A stretch of DNA of 50,033 nt from NCBI GenBank assembly GCA_964653205.1, contig CAZZDO010000002.1, positions 1 through 50,033 of the forward strand, written 5' to 3'. Under the pieces are notes generated by a model. The model did not search any database. It worked only from the letters and a program-made list of their open reading frames with translations, and was not told the origin of the DNA. Origin of the DNA: an uncultured Armatimonadia bacterium. Lineage in GTDB: Bacteria; Armatimonadota; Zipacnadia; Zipacnadales; UBA11051. The translations under genes and the position numbers were made by a program. Below are positions 18,192-26,926 of the stretch, in pieces; positions within the stretch are counted from its first letter, which is position 1, and each line of letters starts with the position of its first letter.

Positions 18192-18284
18192 TGTAGGCGT
18201 AGAGACCGCCTGCGGTCTCAGGGGGCTCGTACCCCGCCCAGTCGAGCGTCGAACGGCGGGCGGGGTACGAGCCCCCGCCCTACC
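18192..18284. repeat. REP-like palindromic element pair (inverted copies of the TGTAGGGCGGGG..CCCCGCCC unit)
   Basis: TGTAGG at 18192-18197 is followed by the hairpin GAGACC-gcctgc-GGTCTC. GGGGGCTCGTACCCCGCCC (18221-18239) is the perfect reverse complement of GGGCGGGGTACGAGCCCCC (18258-18276). The minus strand of 18258-18284 reads GGTAGGGCGGGGGCTCGTACCCCGCCC, matching 25 of 27 positions of the copy at 50006-50033. Confidence 0.6.
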
Positions 18285-18299
18285 GAAGGCACCGCCGTC

Positions 18300-19241
18300 T
18301 TACAGTCGCCACTCGGCCCGGCGGCGGAACGGGTGGCGGAATTGGTTGCCGAGCTTGCCCTGCTCTTCGAGATGGACCATGCAGGCGCGAATGCAGCCCC
18401 GCGCGCCTTCCAGCGCCCGACCGTAGCCGTACGTCGGCGCGAGCTTGTAGCTTTCGGACTCCTCGTTGCGTCGGGCGAAGCGTTCCTGGTCCTCCTCGCT
18501 GACGGCGAAGGGGTTGTGGTGATGATCCGCTCCGCAGAACGCCGTGCTGCAGCGGTCGTAGTCCAGCGCGCCCCATTCCAACTCGCGCCCGGCCACGACG
18601 ACCTTGACCGACTCCTTTGTGCTGAGGGCGTTGCCGGTGCAGTCGCGGGCGCACAGCATGCAGCGGTCGCACAGTTGGGGGCCCTCGTAGAGCGGGTCGG
18701 GCTCCAGCGGCGCGTCGGTCAGAATGGCCGCCAGGCGCTGGCGGGGGCCGAACTGCGGCGAGATGAAGAGCTTCGACCAGCCGATCTCGCCCAGGCCGGC
18801 CATGAACGCCGCGATCCGCATGTGCAGGAACACATCGGGCGCGGGCTTGTCGGGCGCGACGGGCCGACTCCAGTTGGGCTGCAGATGCCCCCGGCCCGTG
18901 GACATGTTGCACCACGGGAAGTTGTTGGGGATGGGCACGGCCTCGTAGCCCGCGTCCTCCAGCATGGCGGTCACTTGCCAGCACACCATCGGCTGCAGGA
19001 CGTGGTTGATGGCCGCGTAGCCCATCGAGGCATAGGCGACGTAGAACGTGCCTTCCTCGATGCCGCGCAAGGTCCCGCGCGGGATGCGGAAGCCCAGCAC
19101 GATCATCGTCCTGGCGTCCGGGGCGATGTAGCGGGGATCGGCGTACGGCGGGGCGCCTTCCCAGCGGTTCATGTCGGCAATGCCGACGAGGTCCGCCCCG
19201 GCGGCCTTCGCGTAGTCCTTGACCCTCTGTGAGGTCAGCAT
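18300..19241 (-). CDS. 4Fe-4S protein of the reductive-dehalogenase/epoxyqueuosine-reductase (RdhA/QueG)-like superfamily
   Basis: The N-terminus VKDYAKAAGADLVGIADMN.., then ..LFISPQFGPRQRLAAILTDAPLEPDPL.., are followed by CDRCMLCARDC (CxxCxxCxxxC). Further cysteines are CSTAFC and GCIRAC. There is no TAT or Sec signal. Confidence 0.55.
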   Translation of the reverse strand: MLTSQRVKDYAKAAGADLVGIADMNRWEGAPPYADPRYIAPDARTMIVLGFRIPRGTLRGIEEGTFYVAYASMGYAAINHVLQPMVCWQVTAMLEDAGYEAVPIPNNFPWCNMSTGRGHLQPNWSRPVAPDKPAPDVFLHMRIAAFMAGLGEIGWSKLFISPQFGPRQRLAAILTDAPLEPDPLYEGPQLCDRCMLCARDCTGNALSTKESVKVVVAGRELEWGALDYDRCSTAFCGADHHHNPFAVSEEDQERFARRNEESESYKLAPTYGYGRALEGARGCIRACMVHLEEQGKLGNQFRHPFRRRAEWRL

Positions 19242-19295
19242 GGCTCACTCCCCGGGCTGCACGATGATGTGTGGCTGCCGCGGCGGGCGGCCCCG

Positions 19296-19868
19296 TCAGT
19301 ACCGCGGCGGGACGGCGACCGTCATCAGGCGCGCCGGGGCCTGGCCCTGGCACCGCCCGCGCACGGGCCGGTCGGCCGGGACGTAGAAGGCGTCGCCCGC
19401 GCGTAACACACGCGGCTCCTGGCCCTCGATCTCCAGCAGCACCTCCCCCTCCAGGACGTAGCCGGCCAGGTCGGAGCCGATCGTCTCGTAGGCCGGCGCT
19501 TTGCGGGAGGGGCGGAACTCCTCGTCGAGAATCTCGCAGCGGATGTCGGTGCGACGTGGGAGCACGAGGATGTAGCGGCGGGTGGCGTCGGCGACGTGGC
19601 GCATGTCCTCGCGACGGAAGACGGGCTCGTCCGGCGCGGCGCCGACCTCGGTGAAGAAGCCGGCGAGATCCTCGTCCAGGGCGAGCAGGAGCTTGCGGAG
19701 GGTGGCAATGGTGGGGGAGATGCGGCCAGCCTCGACAGCCGACACGTAGCTGGAGGCCACGCCAGCCTGGGCAGCCAGGCGGCGCATGGACAGGCCCTGC
19801 TGCTCGCGCAGTGCGCGGAGCCGGGGCCCTACCGCGGCGCCGGGTTCGAGCGGCGGCGTGTCCTGCAC
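19296..19868 (-). CDS. XRE-family HTH transcriptional regulator with C-terminal cupin domain
   Basis: HTH_3-like LRALREQQGLSMRRLAAQAGVASSYVSAVEAGRISPTIATLRKLLLAL. The cupin-like C-terminus reads ..GYVLEGEVLLEIEGQEPRVLRAGDAFYVPADRP. GTG start at 19868. Confidence 0.8.
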   Translation of the reverse strand: MQDTPPLEPGAAVGPRLRALREQQGLSMRRLAAQAGVASSYVSAVEAGRISPTIATLRKLLLALDEDLAGFFTEVGAAPDEPVFRREDMRHVADATRRYILVLPRRTDIRCEILDEEFRPSRKAPAYETIGSDLAGYVLEGEVLLEIEGQEPRVLRAGDAFYVPADRPVRGRCQGQAPARLMTVAVPPRY

Positions 19869-19870
19869 AG

Positions 19871-19894
19871 TATAGTCACCAAGCGTTCACTATA
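19871..19894. promoter_or_regulatory. imperfect palindrome (operator/promoter candidate) upstream of the XRE-cupin gene
   Basis: TATAGTCACC-aagc-GTTCACTATA has 8 of 10 arm positions complementary, with perfect TATAGT/ACTATA ends. It sits 3-26 nt upstream of the GTG start. On the minus strand TATAGT is a possible -10 box. Confidence 0.35.
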
Positions 19895-19928
19895 ACGAAC
19901 ACACGGCGCGGCGTCAAGACACGCGGCG

Positions 19929-22900
19929 TCAGTTGGAGTAGACACCCGTAATGGCCACGACGACAGGGATCGCGCGCCCGCCGCCCGTCACGACCTCAAG
20001 GCGGTCCAGCACGGCCTGCGCGCCCTTGGGGTGCTTACACTCGCATTCGGCCTGGTAGAGCCGCACCTTGTCGTGCGCGCCGTTGGGCCCTTCCCAGGCG
20101 ACCTTCGCTTCGGGCAACGGGCCCAGGGTCCACCAGTCGGCGACCTTGCGCCCCACCTGAACCGGCACTTCCTCCGTCACGCCGTCCTGGTAGTGCAGCA
20201 CGTAGGTGAAGGCGAGCCCGCTCGAGGGCGCCCAGGTCGCAGTGTGCAGGAAGTGCAGCTTGCTCAGGCGCTGGCCCACCGGGATGCTGACGCGCTCGGG
20301 GAAGGGCACGTTGGGGCTGGGGCCGCCCTTGAGGATGACGCAGGACTTGCCGCCGTGCTGGGCCGGGTCGAGAATGCGGAAGGGCACGCCGTTGATGCGC
20401 CAGTCGCCCACGGGGAGGTTGCGCATGTCGTTGGGGCCCTCATCGGTCCAGCCGCCCTGCTTGTCGTCGGGCTCCTCGTCCACGAAGCCCCGGTTGGCGA
20501 CCGGCGCGAGGTCCACCGGGTGGAAGCCGACCCAGTCGGCGCGGGTGGCCGCGCCCGCCCTATCGCCGCCGAAGGCGCCCCTGATGGCCGCGCCCGGTTC
20601 GGTGGCGGCGTGGAGTGTCACCTGCGCCTTCGCGCAAGCTTGCCGCAGCTCCGCCGGGCTCACCCCGTCGGCGATCAGCAGGAAGGCTTCCCACGTCACG
20701 AGCAGCCGCGTGTGCTTCGCGTCGCCATCGAGAGGCAGGGGGTTATCGAAGATGTCGCGGGCGGTGAAGCGCCGCACCGGCAGGGGCAGCATCACCTCGG
20801 CGCCGTCCTGCTTCAGGAACATCGGGCCCCACGGGATCAGGATGAGCCGGCGGCCCTGCTGGAACAGGCACGCCTGCAGGTCGCCATGGAGCTTGAGGTC
20901 CCCGAGGTATTGCGCCGTCTCCAGGTATTTTGCGAGTGTGGCCTGCGCGGCCAGGAAGGCCAGCGGAGTCTCGTCATACTCGCCGGTGTGCGAGTCGTAC
21001 TCGGTGCCGCCGTGGAAGATGTGGAACGAGTACTTGACGTCCTCGGCCTTGTGGATGGTCAGGACCTTGAAGTAGATCTGGGCCTGCTCGATGGGGTCGG
21101 TCGGGCTCTGGCCCGGAGCGTAGCGGATGTACCGCGTGTGCGACGGGTGCCGGTACAGCGAGGCGGGCGGGGACACCGTGGTCTCCGAGTTCCACAGCGG
21201 CAGCACCTTGCCGTGCTCCTGCATGATGGCCCGGATCTCCTGCATCCATTTGCGCACGGTCAGCTCTGTTCCGGCGCCGACCCACGGGCCGAAATGGTAC
21301 AGGTGCGAGGAGACGGCATCCTGGTAGTCCAGCGCCCCCAGCGCGAAGGTCCGGCGGTACCACGAGTAGCCCATGCTCCCCGGCGGGCCGCACGTCCCCA
21401 CGACGGTGCAGCCCGGGTCCACATCCTTGAGCGTTCGGTAGGTCGCCTGCAGCAGCGCCACCCATTTCTCCGGGCAGTCGCGGTACTGGTAGTACGGCTC
21501 GTTGGTGACTTCCCAGCAGCGAATGCGGCCCTGGTAATGCGTCGCCAACGGGCGTACGTACTCGTCCGTCCAGACCTTGATGTACTCCTCGAAGGGCTGC
21601 TCCTTGAACATGGCGCTGAACCACGGGGCCGTCCAGCCCTCGCTGAGCGAGTGGCAGCCCCAGAAGCCGAACTTGCCGTGGAAGTCGCACGCCGCGTCCA
21701 CGCGGTCCCAGCGGACCTGGCCGCGTTCGGGCAGGATCGTGCCGATCTGCGTGTCGCCGATGGCGCAGTGGCAGCGGTTCCACTTCAGGCCGATGCGCTT
21801 CGCAAGCGTGCCCAGGAAGTCGCCGCCGCCGAGGGCAGCGCCGAAGACCGACGTGGGCCGGGGGCCGGTATCCGGGATCGGCGGCAGGGCCGTCAGCACC
21901 AACTCCCGCGTCCCCTTGACCTCACCGGACGAGTAGCTCAGGTCCATCCGATACGAGCCGGCCAGCGGGAGCGTGACGGGGAACTGGATCGCCGCGAACC
22001 GTCGGCCCTGGTTGGTCAGGACATAGTCCCGGCCGGGCAGGGACCGGCCCCACTGGTCAGTCAGGCGGCAGGACACGCGCACGGTGCGGGCGGTGTCGTC
22101 GGTCGCGTGGACCTTGAGCGTGACGGGCAGGGCCCGGCCGACGAGCGCGTAGCGGCTGGCGCGAGCGGGCACGAGCGTGAAGCCGTCGGCGATGACATCG
22201 GCCAGCAGCGAGGCCAGGATGCCGCGCTCCTCGCGCGACTGGTCGAAGCCCACGGCCGGGTAGGCCTCCGGGCTGCGGCGCACGTAGCGGAACGCCCCGC
22301 GCCACTCGTCGCCGGGCTTGAGGTTCAGTACGCTCACGTAGCGGCAGACGCCGCCGCCCTTGCGCTGGTCCTGGAAGAGCCAGTCGGGCCCCGTCGCCGT
22401 GCCGCACTGGAACTCGCGGAAGTCGTGGGCGGGGCCGGAGATGATGCTGTAGGCCGAGGTGCTGGCGGGCAAGTCCGGCAAGGGCTCGACCATGGCCTGG
22501 TTGATCGAGCATGTGGCGATGAAGGGGGGCTTGAAGGCCTCCTGCGGGGTGTAGAAGCCGACCTCGCCCTTGAAGTCCTGCCGGGCGCGCACCGTGAACA
22601 GCAGCCACGCCTCATCGGGCCCGACAACCGCCTGCTTGATGACTTCGCCCCGGGGGGTGTCGTACGTCAGGACGGTGCGGGAGCCGGTGCCCTCCCGGCG
22701 GTCCTCGCGTTTCGGCGTGCCCCCGGCCAGCCAGCAGTAGTCCCGCGTCGCCACGACCTGGTCGCCGTCGCGCAGGACGAACTGGTTCTTGTCGTCAACT
22801 TCCACCCGCAAGGGCCCCAGACCGGCCGAGGCAGGCATGGGCTTGACGGGCGTGGCCGGGCCAAACACTTCGAGCTTGCCCGGCAGCGGCGGAACCTTCG

Positions 22901-23747
22901 GCAGTAGGTTCGGGTCGAGGGCGGCGACGGCGCTGCCGGGCGCAGTTGGCGGCGACGCCTGGGGCAGCTTCAGCACCCACGTGTAGTCGAACGTCGCGCC
23001 GGCGTTCGTGCCCATGCCCAACACGATGCGGTAGCAGCCCCGGCTCGTGTCCTGCCGGCGGTAGTCCTGAAGGTGGACCCCATTGGAGCCGGGGAAGTCC
23101 TGCCCGGTGAAGGTGAAGTCGAAGACGTTGCGGGGCGACTCGACGCGCCAGGACTGCAGGCCGAGGGCGATGTTGGTCGGGGTGTCTTCCGGCCGAGGGA
23201 GCTTGCCCGCGAGCTGCTTGCCGCCGGGCAGCGTCGCCGTCCACTGCGCCTGGTCGCCGCCGGTCAGTATCGCCTCGGGTACGAAGAAGCCGATCTCCCC
23301 GAAGCCCGGGTTGGGCTCCATCTTCCCGGTGCATTGCATCGTGATCTCATTGGGGGTGAGGGTCAGGACGATGCGGCAGGTGCCGGCGGGCTTGTCGCTG
23401 CGGCCGGTGGCGCGGCGGAGGTAGCGGGTGTTCTCCCAGGTCAGCCGCCGGCCGTCGAGCAGCTTCTCGTCGGTGAAGCGCAGCAGCCCGTCCTCGTTGC
23501 GCCGGAAGTTGAAGCCTTCGATCAGCTTGCCATCCGGCTCCTGGACGGCCGTGTAGAGGTAGAGGCCCTGGATGAGCGGCTCGCCGCGGTAGTGGATGCC
23601 GCTCGGCGAAAGGCCCGTGTAGTAGAGCCGCAGGTCGCCGACGTCGAGCCGCTGCAGGGCCTGCTCGTCGGCGGCGTGGCCGGGGAGGGTGGCGGCCGGC
23701 AGAAGGCAGCACAAGGCGATGAGGGTGAGGCTCGCTCGGTGACGCAT
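19929..23747 (-). CDS. large secreted glycoside hydrolase, clan GH-A TIM-barrel core with extra N- and C-terminal modules
   Basis: ORF 19929..23879. ATG at 23747 has AAGGAG 6 nt upstream and gives the signal peptide MRHRASLTLIALCCLLPAATLPGHA. IRCWEVTNEPYYQY is a W-E-x-x-NEP acid/base motif, and LPLWNSETTV is a nucleophile candidate. The C-terminal module contains GGWTDEGPNDMRNLPVGDWRINGVPFRI. Confidence 0.6.
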   Translation of the reverse strand: MRHRASLTLIALCCLLPAATLPGHAADEQALQRLDVGDLRLYYTGLSPSGIHYRGEPLIQGLYLYTAVQEPDGKLIEGFNFRRNEDGLLRFTDEKLLDGRRLTWENTRYLRRATGRSDKPAGTCRIVLTLTPNEITMQCTGKMEPNPGFGEIGFFVPEAILTGGDQAQWTATLPGGKQLAGKLPRPEDTPTNIALGLQSWRVESPRNVFDFTFTGQDFPGSNGVHLQDYRRQDTSRGCYRIVLGMGTNAGATFDYTWVLKLPQASPPTAPGSAVAALDPNLLPKVPPLPGKLEVFGPATPVKPMPASAGLGPLRVEVDDKNQFVLRDGDQVVATRDYCWLAGGTPKREDRREGTGSRTVLTYDTPRGEVIKQAVVGPDEAWLLFTVRARQDFKGEVGFYTPQEAFKPPFIATCSINQAMVEPLPDLPASTSAYSIISGPAHDFREFQCGTATGPDWLFQDQRKGGGVCRYVSVLNLKPGDEWRGAFRYVRRSPEAYPAVGFDQSREERGILASLLADVIADGFTLVPARASRYALVGRALPVTLKVHATDDTARTVRVSCRLTDQWGRSLPGRDYVLTNQGRRFAAIQFPVTLPLAGSYRMDLSYSSGEVKGTRELVLTALPPIPDTGPRPTSVFGAALGGGDFLGTLAKRIGLKWNRCHCAIGDTQIGTILPERGQVRWDRVDAACDFHGKFGFWGCHSLSEGWTAPWFSAMFKEQPFEEYIKVWTDEYVRPLATHYQGRIRCWEVTNEPYYQYRDCPEKWVALLQATYRTLKDVDPGCTVVGTCGPPGSMGYSWYRRTFALGALDYQDAVSSHLYHFGPWVGAGTELTVRKWMQEIRAIMQEHGKVLPLWNSETTVSPPASLYRHPSHTRYIRYAPGQSPTDPIEQAQIYFKVLTIHKAEDVKYSFHIFHGGTEYDSHTGEYDETPLAFLAAQATLAKYLETAQYLGDLKLHGDLQACLFQQGRRLILIPWGPMFLKQDGAEVMLPLPVRRFTARDIFDNPLPLDGDAKHTRLLVTWEAFLLIADGVSPAELRQACAKAQVTLHAATEPGAAIRGAFGGDRAGAATRADWVGFHPVDLAPVANRGFVDEEPDDKQGGWTDEGPNDMRNLPVGDWRINGVPFRILDPAQHGGKSCVILKGGPSPNVPFPERVSIPVGQRLSKLHFLHTATWAPSSGLAFTYVLHYQDGVTEEVPVQVGRKVADWWTLGPLPEAKVAWEGPNGAHDKVRLYQAECECKHPKGAQAVLDRLEVVTGGGRAIPVVVAITGVYSN

Positions 23748-23903
23748 GTCGGGCTCCTTGCGCGAACTGGCCGACAGGTTCCGCCCACCGACGGCCGGAA
23801 CCTTGTTCGGGCCGGTCGCGCTCGTGCTGCGAAGCGGCTCGGGGCAGGTTCGGCGCTTGCGTCCGACGAAGTCTCTCACACTTCAGTGACCGAGGAACCC
23901 GCG

Positions 23904-26873
23904 ATGCAGATGCTCGCTGCCGCGCTCGTGCTTTGCCTGCTCCTCAGCAGCCTCGCCGTGGCCCAGGGCACGCTCCCGGCGCCGGTGGACTTGCCGGCCC
24001 CGCAGCCGGCTGTCGAGACCCCCGGCGCGGCCTACACGCCGCCGGTGACAGACGCGGCGCCGCCGGCGGGCGTGCCCGTGATCTACGAGTACACCCATGA
24101 GGCCCGCCCGGACGAAAGCTGCTTCATCGTCGGCGAGGGGTTCAGCGAGAAGACGGAGGCAGTCATCTGGGGGCGCGACGCCCGCAACGCCGGCGGGGCG
24201 CAGTTCAAGTGCAAGGTTCGCTTCTTCACGAGCTCCTATCTTACCGTCACGATCCCCGAGAGCGCCTATGACGGGCCGTTCTTGCTGTGGGTGAGCAACG
24301 AGGCCGGGTGGTCGCGGCCGGTGCGGCTGAACGTGCCGGAAGTGTGGTTCTGCCGGCAGCCGGCGCAGCCGGGCGGGGCTCTGCACTGCTACGGCACGAG
24401 CCTCGGGGCGCGGGTGACGGGCGTGCTCGCCCAGCCAGGGAAGCCGGGCCGCTGGGTTACGCTGGAGAGCGAGAATGGGCGCTCTGTCGTCGGCAACCTG
24501 CCCGATGACTTGCCTGAGGGGACGTACCGACTCTGGCTGCATCGCGCAGTAGGCGGGGAGTATGGCTGGAGCGACCCAGTGGCCATAAAGGTCGCCAAGC
24601 CCACTGCTCCACCCGCCGCGACAAAGCAGATCGCGGCCCCGGTGGCGGGGCAGCCTCCGGTGGACCTGCAGCAGGCCGTTGACCAACTGGCCGCGGCCGG
24701 GGGCGGCAGGCTGGAACTCGCCGCGGGGACGTACTCCGTGCGCGGGACGATCAAGGTCCCGGCCGGGGTGCATGTGCACGGCAACAGCGAGACCGTGCTC
24801 CAGATGGTGCACGGCCAACCGACCGACCTCAAGTTCCCCACGTCCAGCGTCTGGGGGCAGGGCGTGGGCGGCATTCACACCGTCGGCGACGAGATGGAGT
24901 ACCGCCTCACCGTCCCCGCCGCCGGCAAGTGGCAGGTCTGGCTGCGCTACGCCACGGACATGGCGCCGTGGGGCCAGGACGGCGTCAGCGGCAAGCACAG
25001 CCTGCGGGTGGACGACGGGGCAGCCGTGCCGCTGGACAATCTCCCCAACACCGGCAGCTTCGGCACCTTCAAGTGGTCGCGCACGGCGCAGCTCGACGTG
25101 ACCAAGGGTGAACACCGGCTGACCTGGCGCAACGACAAGGGCGGCGGTATCAACCCCGATGCCTTCGTGTTTGCCCTTGATCCGAACTGGCAGCCGGATG
25201 AGAAGGCGTTCCCGGAGCCATCGGGCACGCTGGTCGTGCAGCAGGCCGAGGCGGTCGTGCGGTTCGCTTCGAAGGACGGGTCGCTGCCGGGTGGCGCGGC
25301 CCCGGCGGTCTGGCTGGCGGGCGACGGGGCTTCCCTCAGCGAAGTGACCATCGTCGGCAACCCGCAGGTCGCGACGGGCATCCTCGTGCAGAGCGACCAG
25401 CCGCTGCGCTGGATCCGCGGAAACACCGTGCATGAGTGCGTGGTGCGGGACCTCCTGGGGCGCGGCAGCAACAGCGGCGTGAGTCTGGTGCGGGCCGAGG
25501 GAGCAGTCATCAACAGCAACCAGCTTGAGGCGCGCGCGCCGCTGCTGCTACAGGGCCTCCGGCAGTGCCGACTCAGCGAGAACTGGCTGACGCCGGTCCG
25601 CCGCTATGGCGACCCGGCCCTCGCGGCGATCCTCGGCTCGCAGGACACCATCGAGGAGTGCGTCATCGAGAACAACAAGGTCGCCTCGCCGCCGGACTCG
25701 GAGGCCGGCGGGCCGGAGGTCATGCGGCTCATCTGGCTCTCGACCGGGCATGGCTCGATCACCCGCAACTGGATCGCGGGCAACGGCGTCCACGCGCGCA
25801 ACCAGGCGGGGGCCATGCGCTTTGGCGGCGTCGCCGGGCGCGAGCAGAACGTCGGCGAGATGATCCTGTTCGAGGCCAACCACCGGACGATGTTCCACGG
25901 CCAACCCGTGGCCGCCGACGCGACCAGCGTCACGCTGCCCAAGACCGTCCCGGCGACGCCCGACGAGCGTCTCGGCTCCGTCAAGCGCGAACAACTGGCC
26001 CACGATGCGGCCGGGAGCGAGACGCCCTTCTGGCCGCCGGATATGGACGATGGCACCGTCGAGCCGCCCATTGACCAATACTATGTGTCGGTCTTCAAGG
26101 GTGTCGGGCAGGGGCAGACGCGGCGGGTCGTCAAGCGCGAGGGGGAGAAGCTGCTGCTCGAAGCGCCCTGGCGCGTGCCGCCGACCAAGGACAGCGTGAT
26201 CGTCATCGGCACGGGCTACTACCGCAACCTCATCGTGGACAACTACACGCCCGACGGCATGACCGGCATCCAGCTCTGGATCTCCTGCTTTGAGAACATC
26301 GCCAGCGGCAACACAATCGAGCGGATGCGCCGCCCGGCGTTCTACCTGTACAGCAACGCCACGACACTGGCCAGCTCGATGCCGCGCACGTGGAACCGGG
26401 GCCTGAGCCCGCTGTTCTTCAACCTCATCGAGGGCAACCGCACCGACGAGTGCAGCGCCGGGGCGCTGGTCACGAGCGGCGAGGACGGGAAGCTGCCCGT
26501 CGAGTTCCCGCGCGCGCTGGGCAACGTGCTGCGGCACAACTCCTTCATCCGCAACCGCACCGAAGGGGTCGTCATCACTGCCCGGGATATCAAGGCGGGC
26601 GACACGTCGCCGGCCATCGCGGGGACCGTGACGGAGTTCAACGTCGTGCGCGACGCGCCGGTGGCATATCACTCGGGGTTGCAGAGCGACGTCGCGCTGT
26701 TCCGGCGCAACCATGCGTACTTCTGGACGCCGATGAACAACTCGCCCGACCCCTACGTGGCCTTCCAGGTGGATCGCCCGCAGGCGCAGGTGGTCATCGA
26801 GGAGAACACTGTGGAGGGGAAGGTCGGCGAACTGAAGCCGAAGGATGTGGTGGAGGTCAGGAAGCCGGAGTAA
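23904..26873 (+). CDS. secreted right-handed beta-helix (pectate-lyase-fold) protein with inserted CBM-like module
   Basis: ORF 23073..26873. ATG at 23904 has GAGGA upstream and gives the signal peptide MQMLAAALVLCLLLSSLAVAQG. VDLQQAVDQLAAAGGGRLELAAGTYSVRGTIKVPAGVHVHG is a pectate_lyase_3-like start. The inserted module KWQVWLRYATDM..FKWSRTAQLDVTKGEHRLTW looks like a beta-sandwich. Later N/G-rich repeats (ITRNWIAGNGV.., SGNTIER..) follow. Confidence 0.6.
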   Translation: MQMLAAALVLCLLLSSLAVAQGTLPAPVDLPAPQPAVETPGAAYTPPVTDAAPPAGVPVIYEYTHEARPDESCFIVGEGFSEKTEAVIWGRDARNAGGAQFKCKVRFFTSSYLTVTIPESAYDGPFLLWVSNEAGWSRPVRLNVPEVWFCRQPAQPGGALHCYGTSLGARVTGVLAQPGKPGRWVTLESENGRSVVGNLPDDLPEGTYRLWLHRAVGGEYGWSDPVAIKVAKPTAPPAATKQIAAPVAGQPPVDLQQAVDQLAAAGGGRLELAAGTYSVRGTIKVPAGVHVHGNSETVLQMVHGQPTDLKFPTSSVWGQGVGGIHTVGDEMEYRLTVPAAGKWQVWLRYATDMAPWGQDGVSGKHSLRVDDGAAVPLDNLPNTGSFGTFKWSRTAQLDVTKGEHRLTWRNDKGGGINPDAFVFALDPNWQPDEKAFPEPSGTLVVQQAEAVVRFASKDGSLPGGAAPAVWLAGDGASLSEVTIVGNPQVATGILVQSDQPLRWIRGNTVHECVVRDLLGRGSNSGVSLVRAEGAVINSNQLEARAPLLLQGLRQCRLSENWLTPVRRYGDPALAAILGSQDTIEECVIENNKVASPPDSEAGGPEVMRLIWLSTGHGSITRNWIAGNGVHARNQAGAMRFGGVAGREQNVGEMILFEANHRTMFHGQPVAADATSVTLPKTVPATPDERLGSVKREQLAHDAAGSETPFWPPDMDDGTVEPPIDQYYVSVFKGVGQGQTRRVVKREGEKLLLEAPWRVPPTKDSVIVIGTGYYRNLIVDNYTPDGMTGIQLWISCFENIASGNTIERMRRPAFYLYSNATTLASSMPRTWNRGLSPLFFNLIEGNRTDECSAGALVTSGEDGKLPVEFPRALGNVLRHNSFIRNRTEGVVITARDIKAGDTSPAIAGTVTEFNVVRDAPVAYHSGLQSDVALFRRNHAYFWTPMNNSPDPYVAFQVDRPQAQVVIEENTVEGKVGELKPKDVVEVRKPE

Positions 26874-26926
26874 GTAGACCGCTCAGACACAATCGAGCGG
26901 CCATCAGCAAGGAGAGGACCGAGCCA

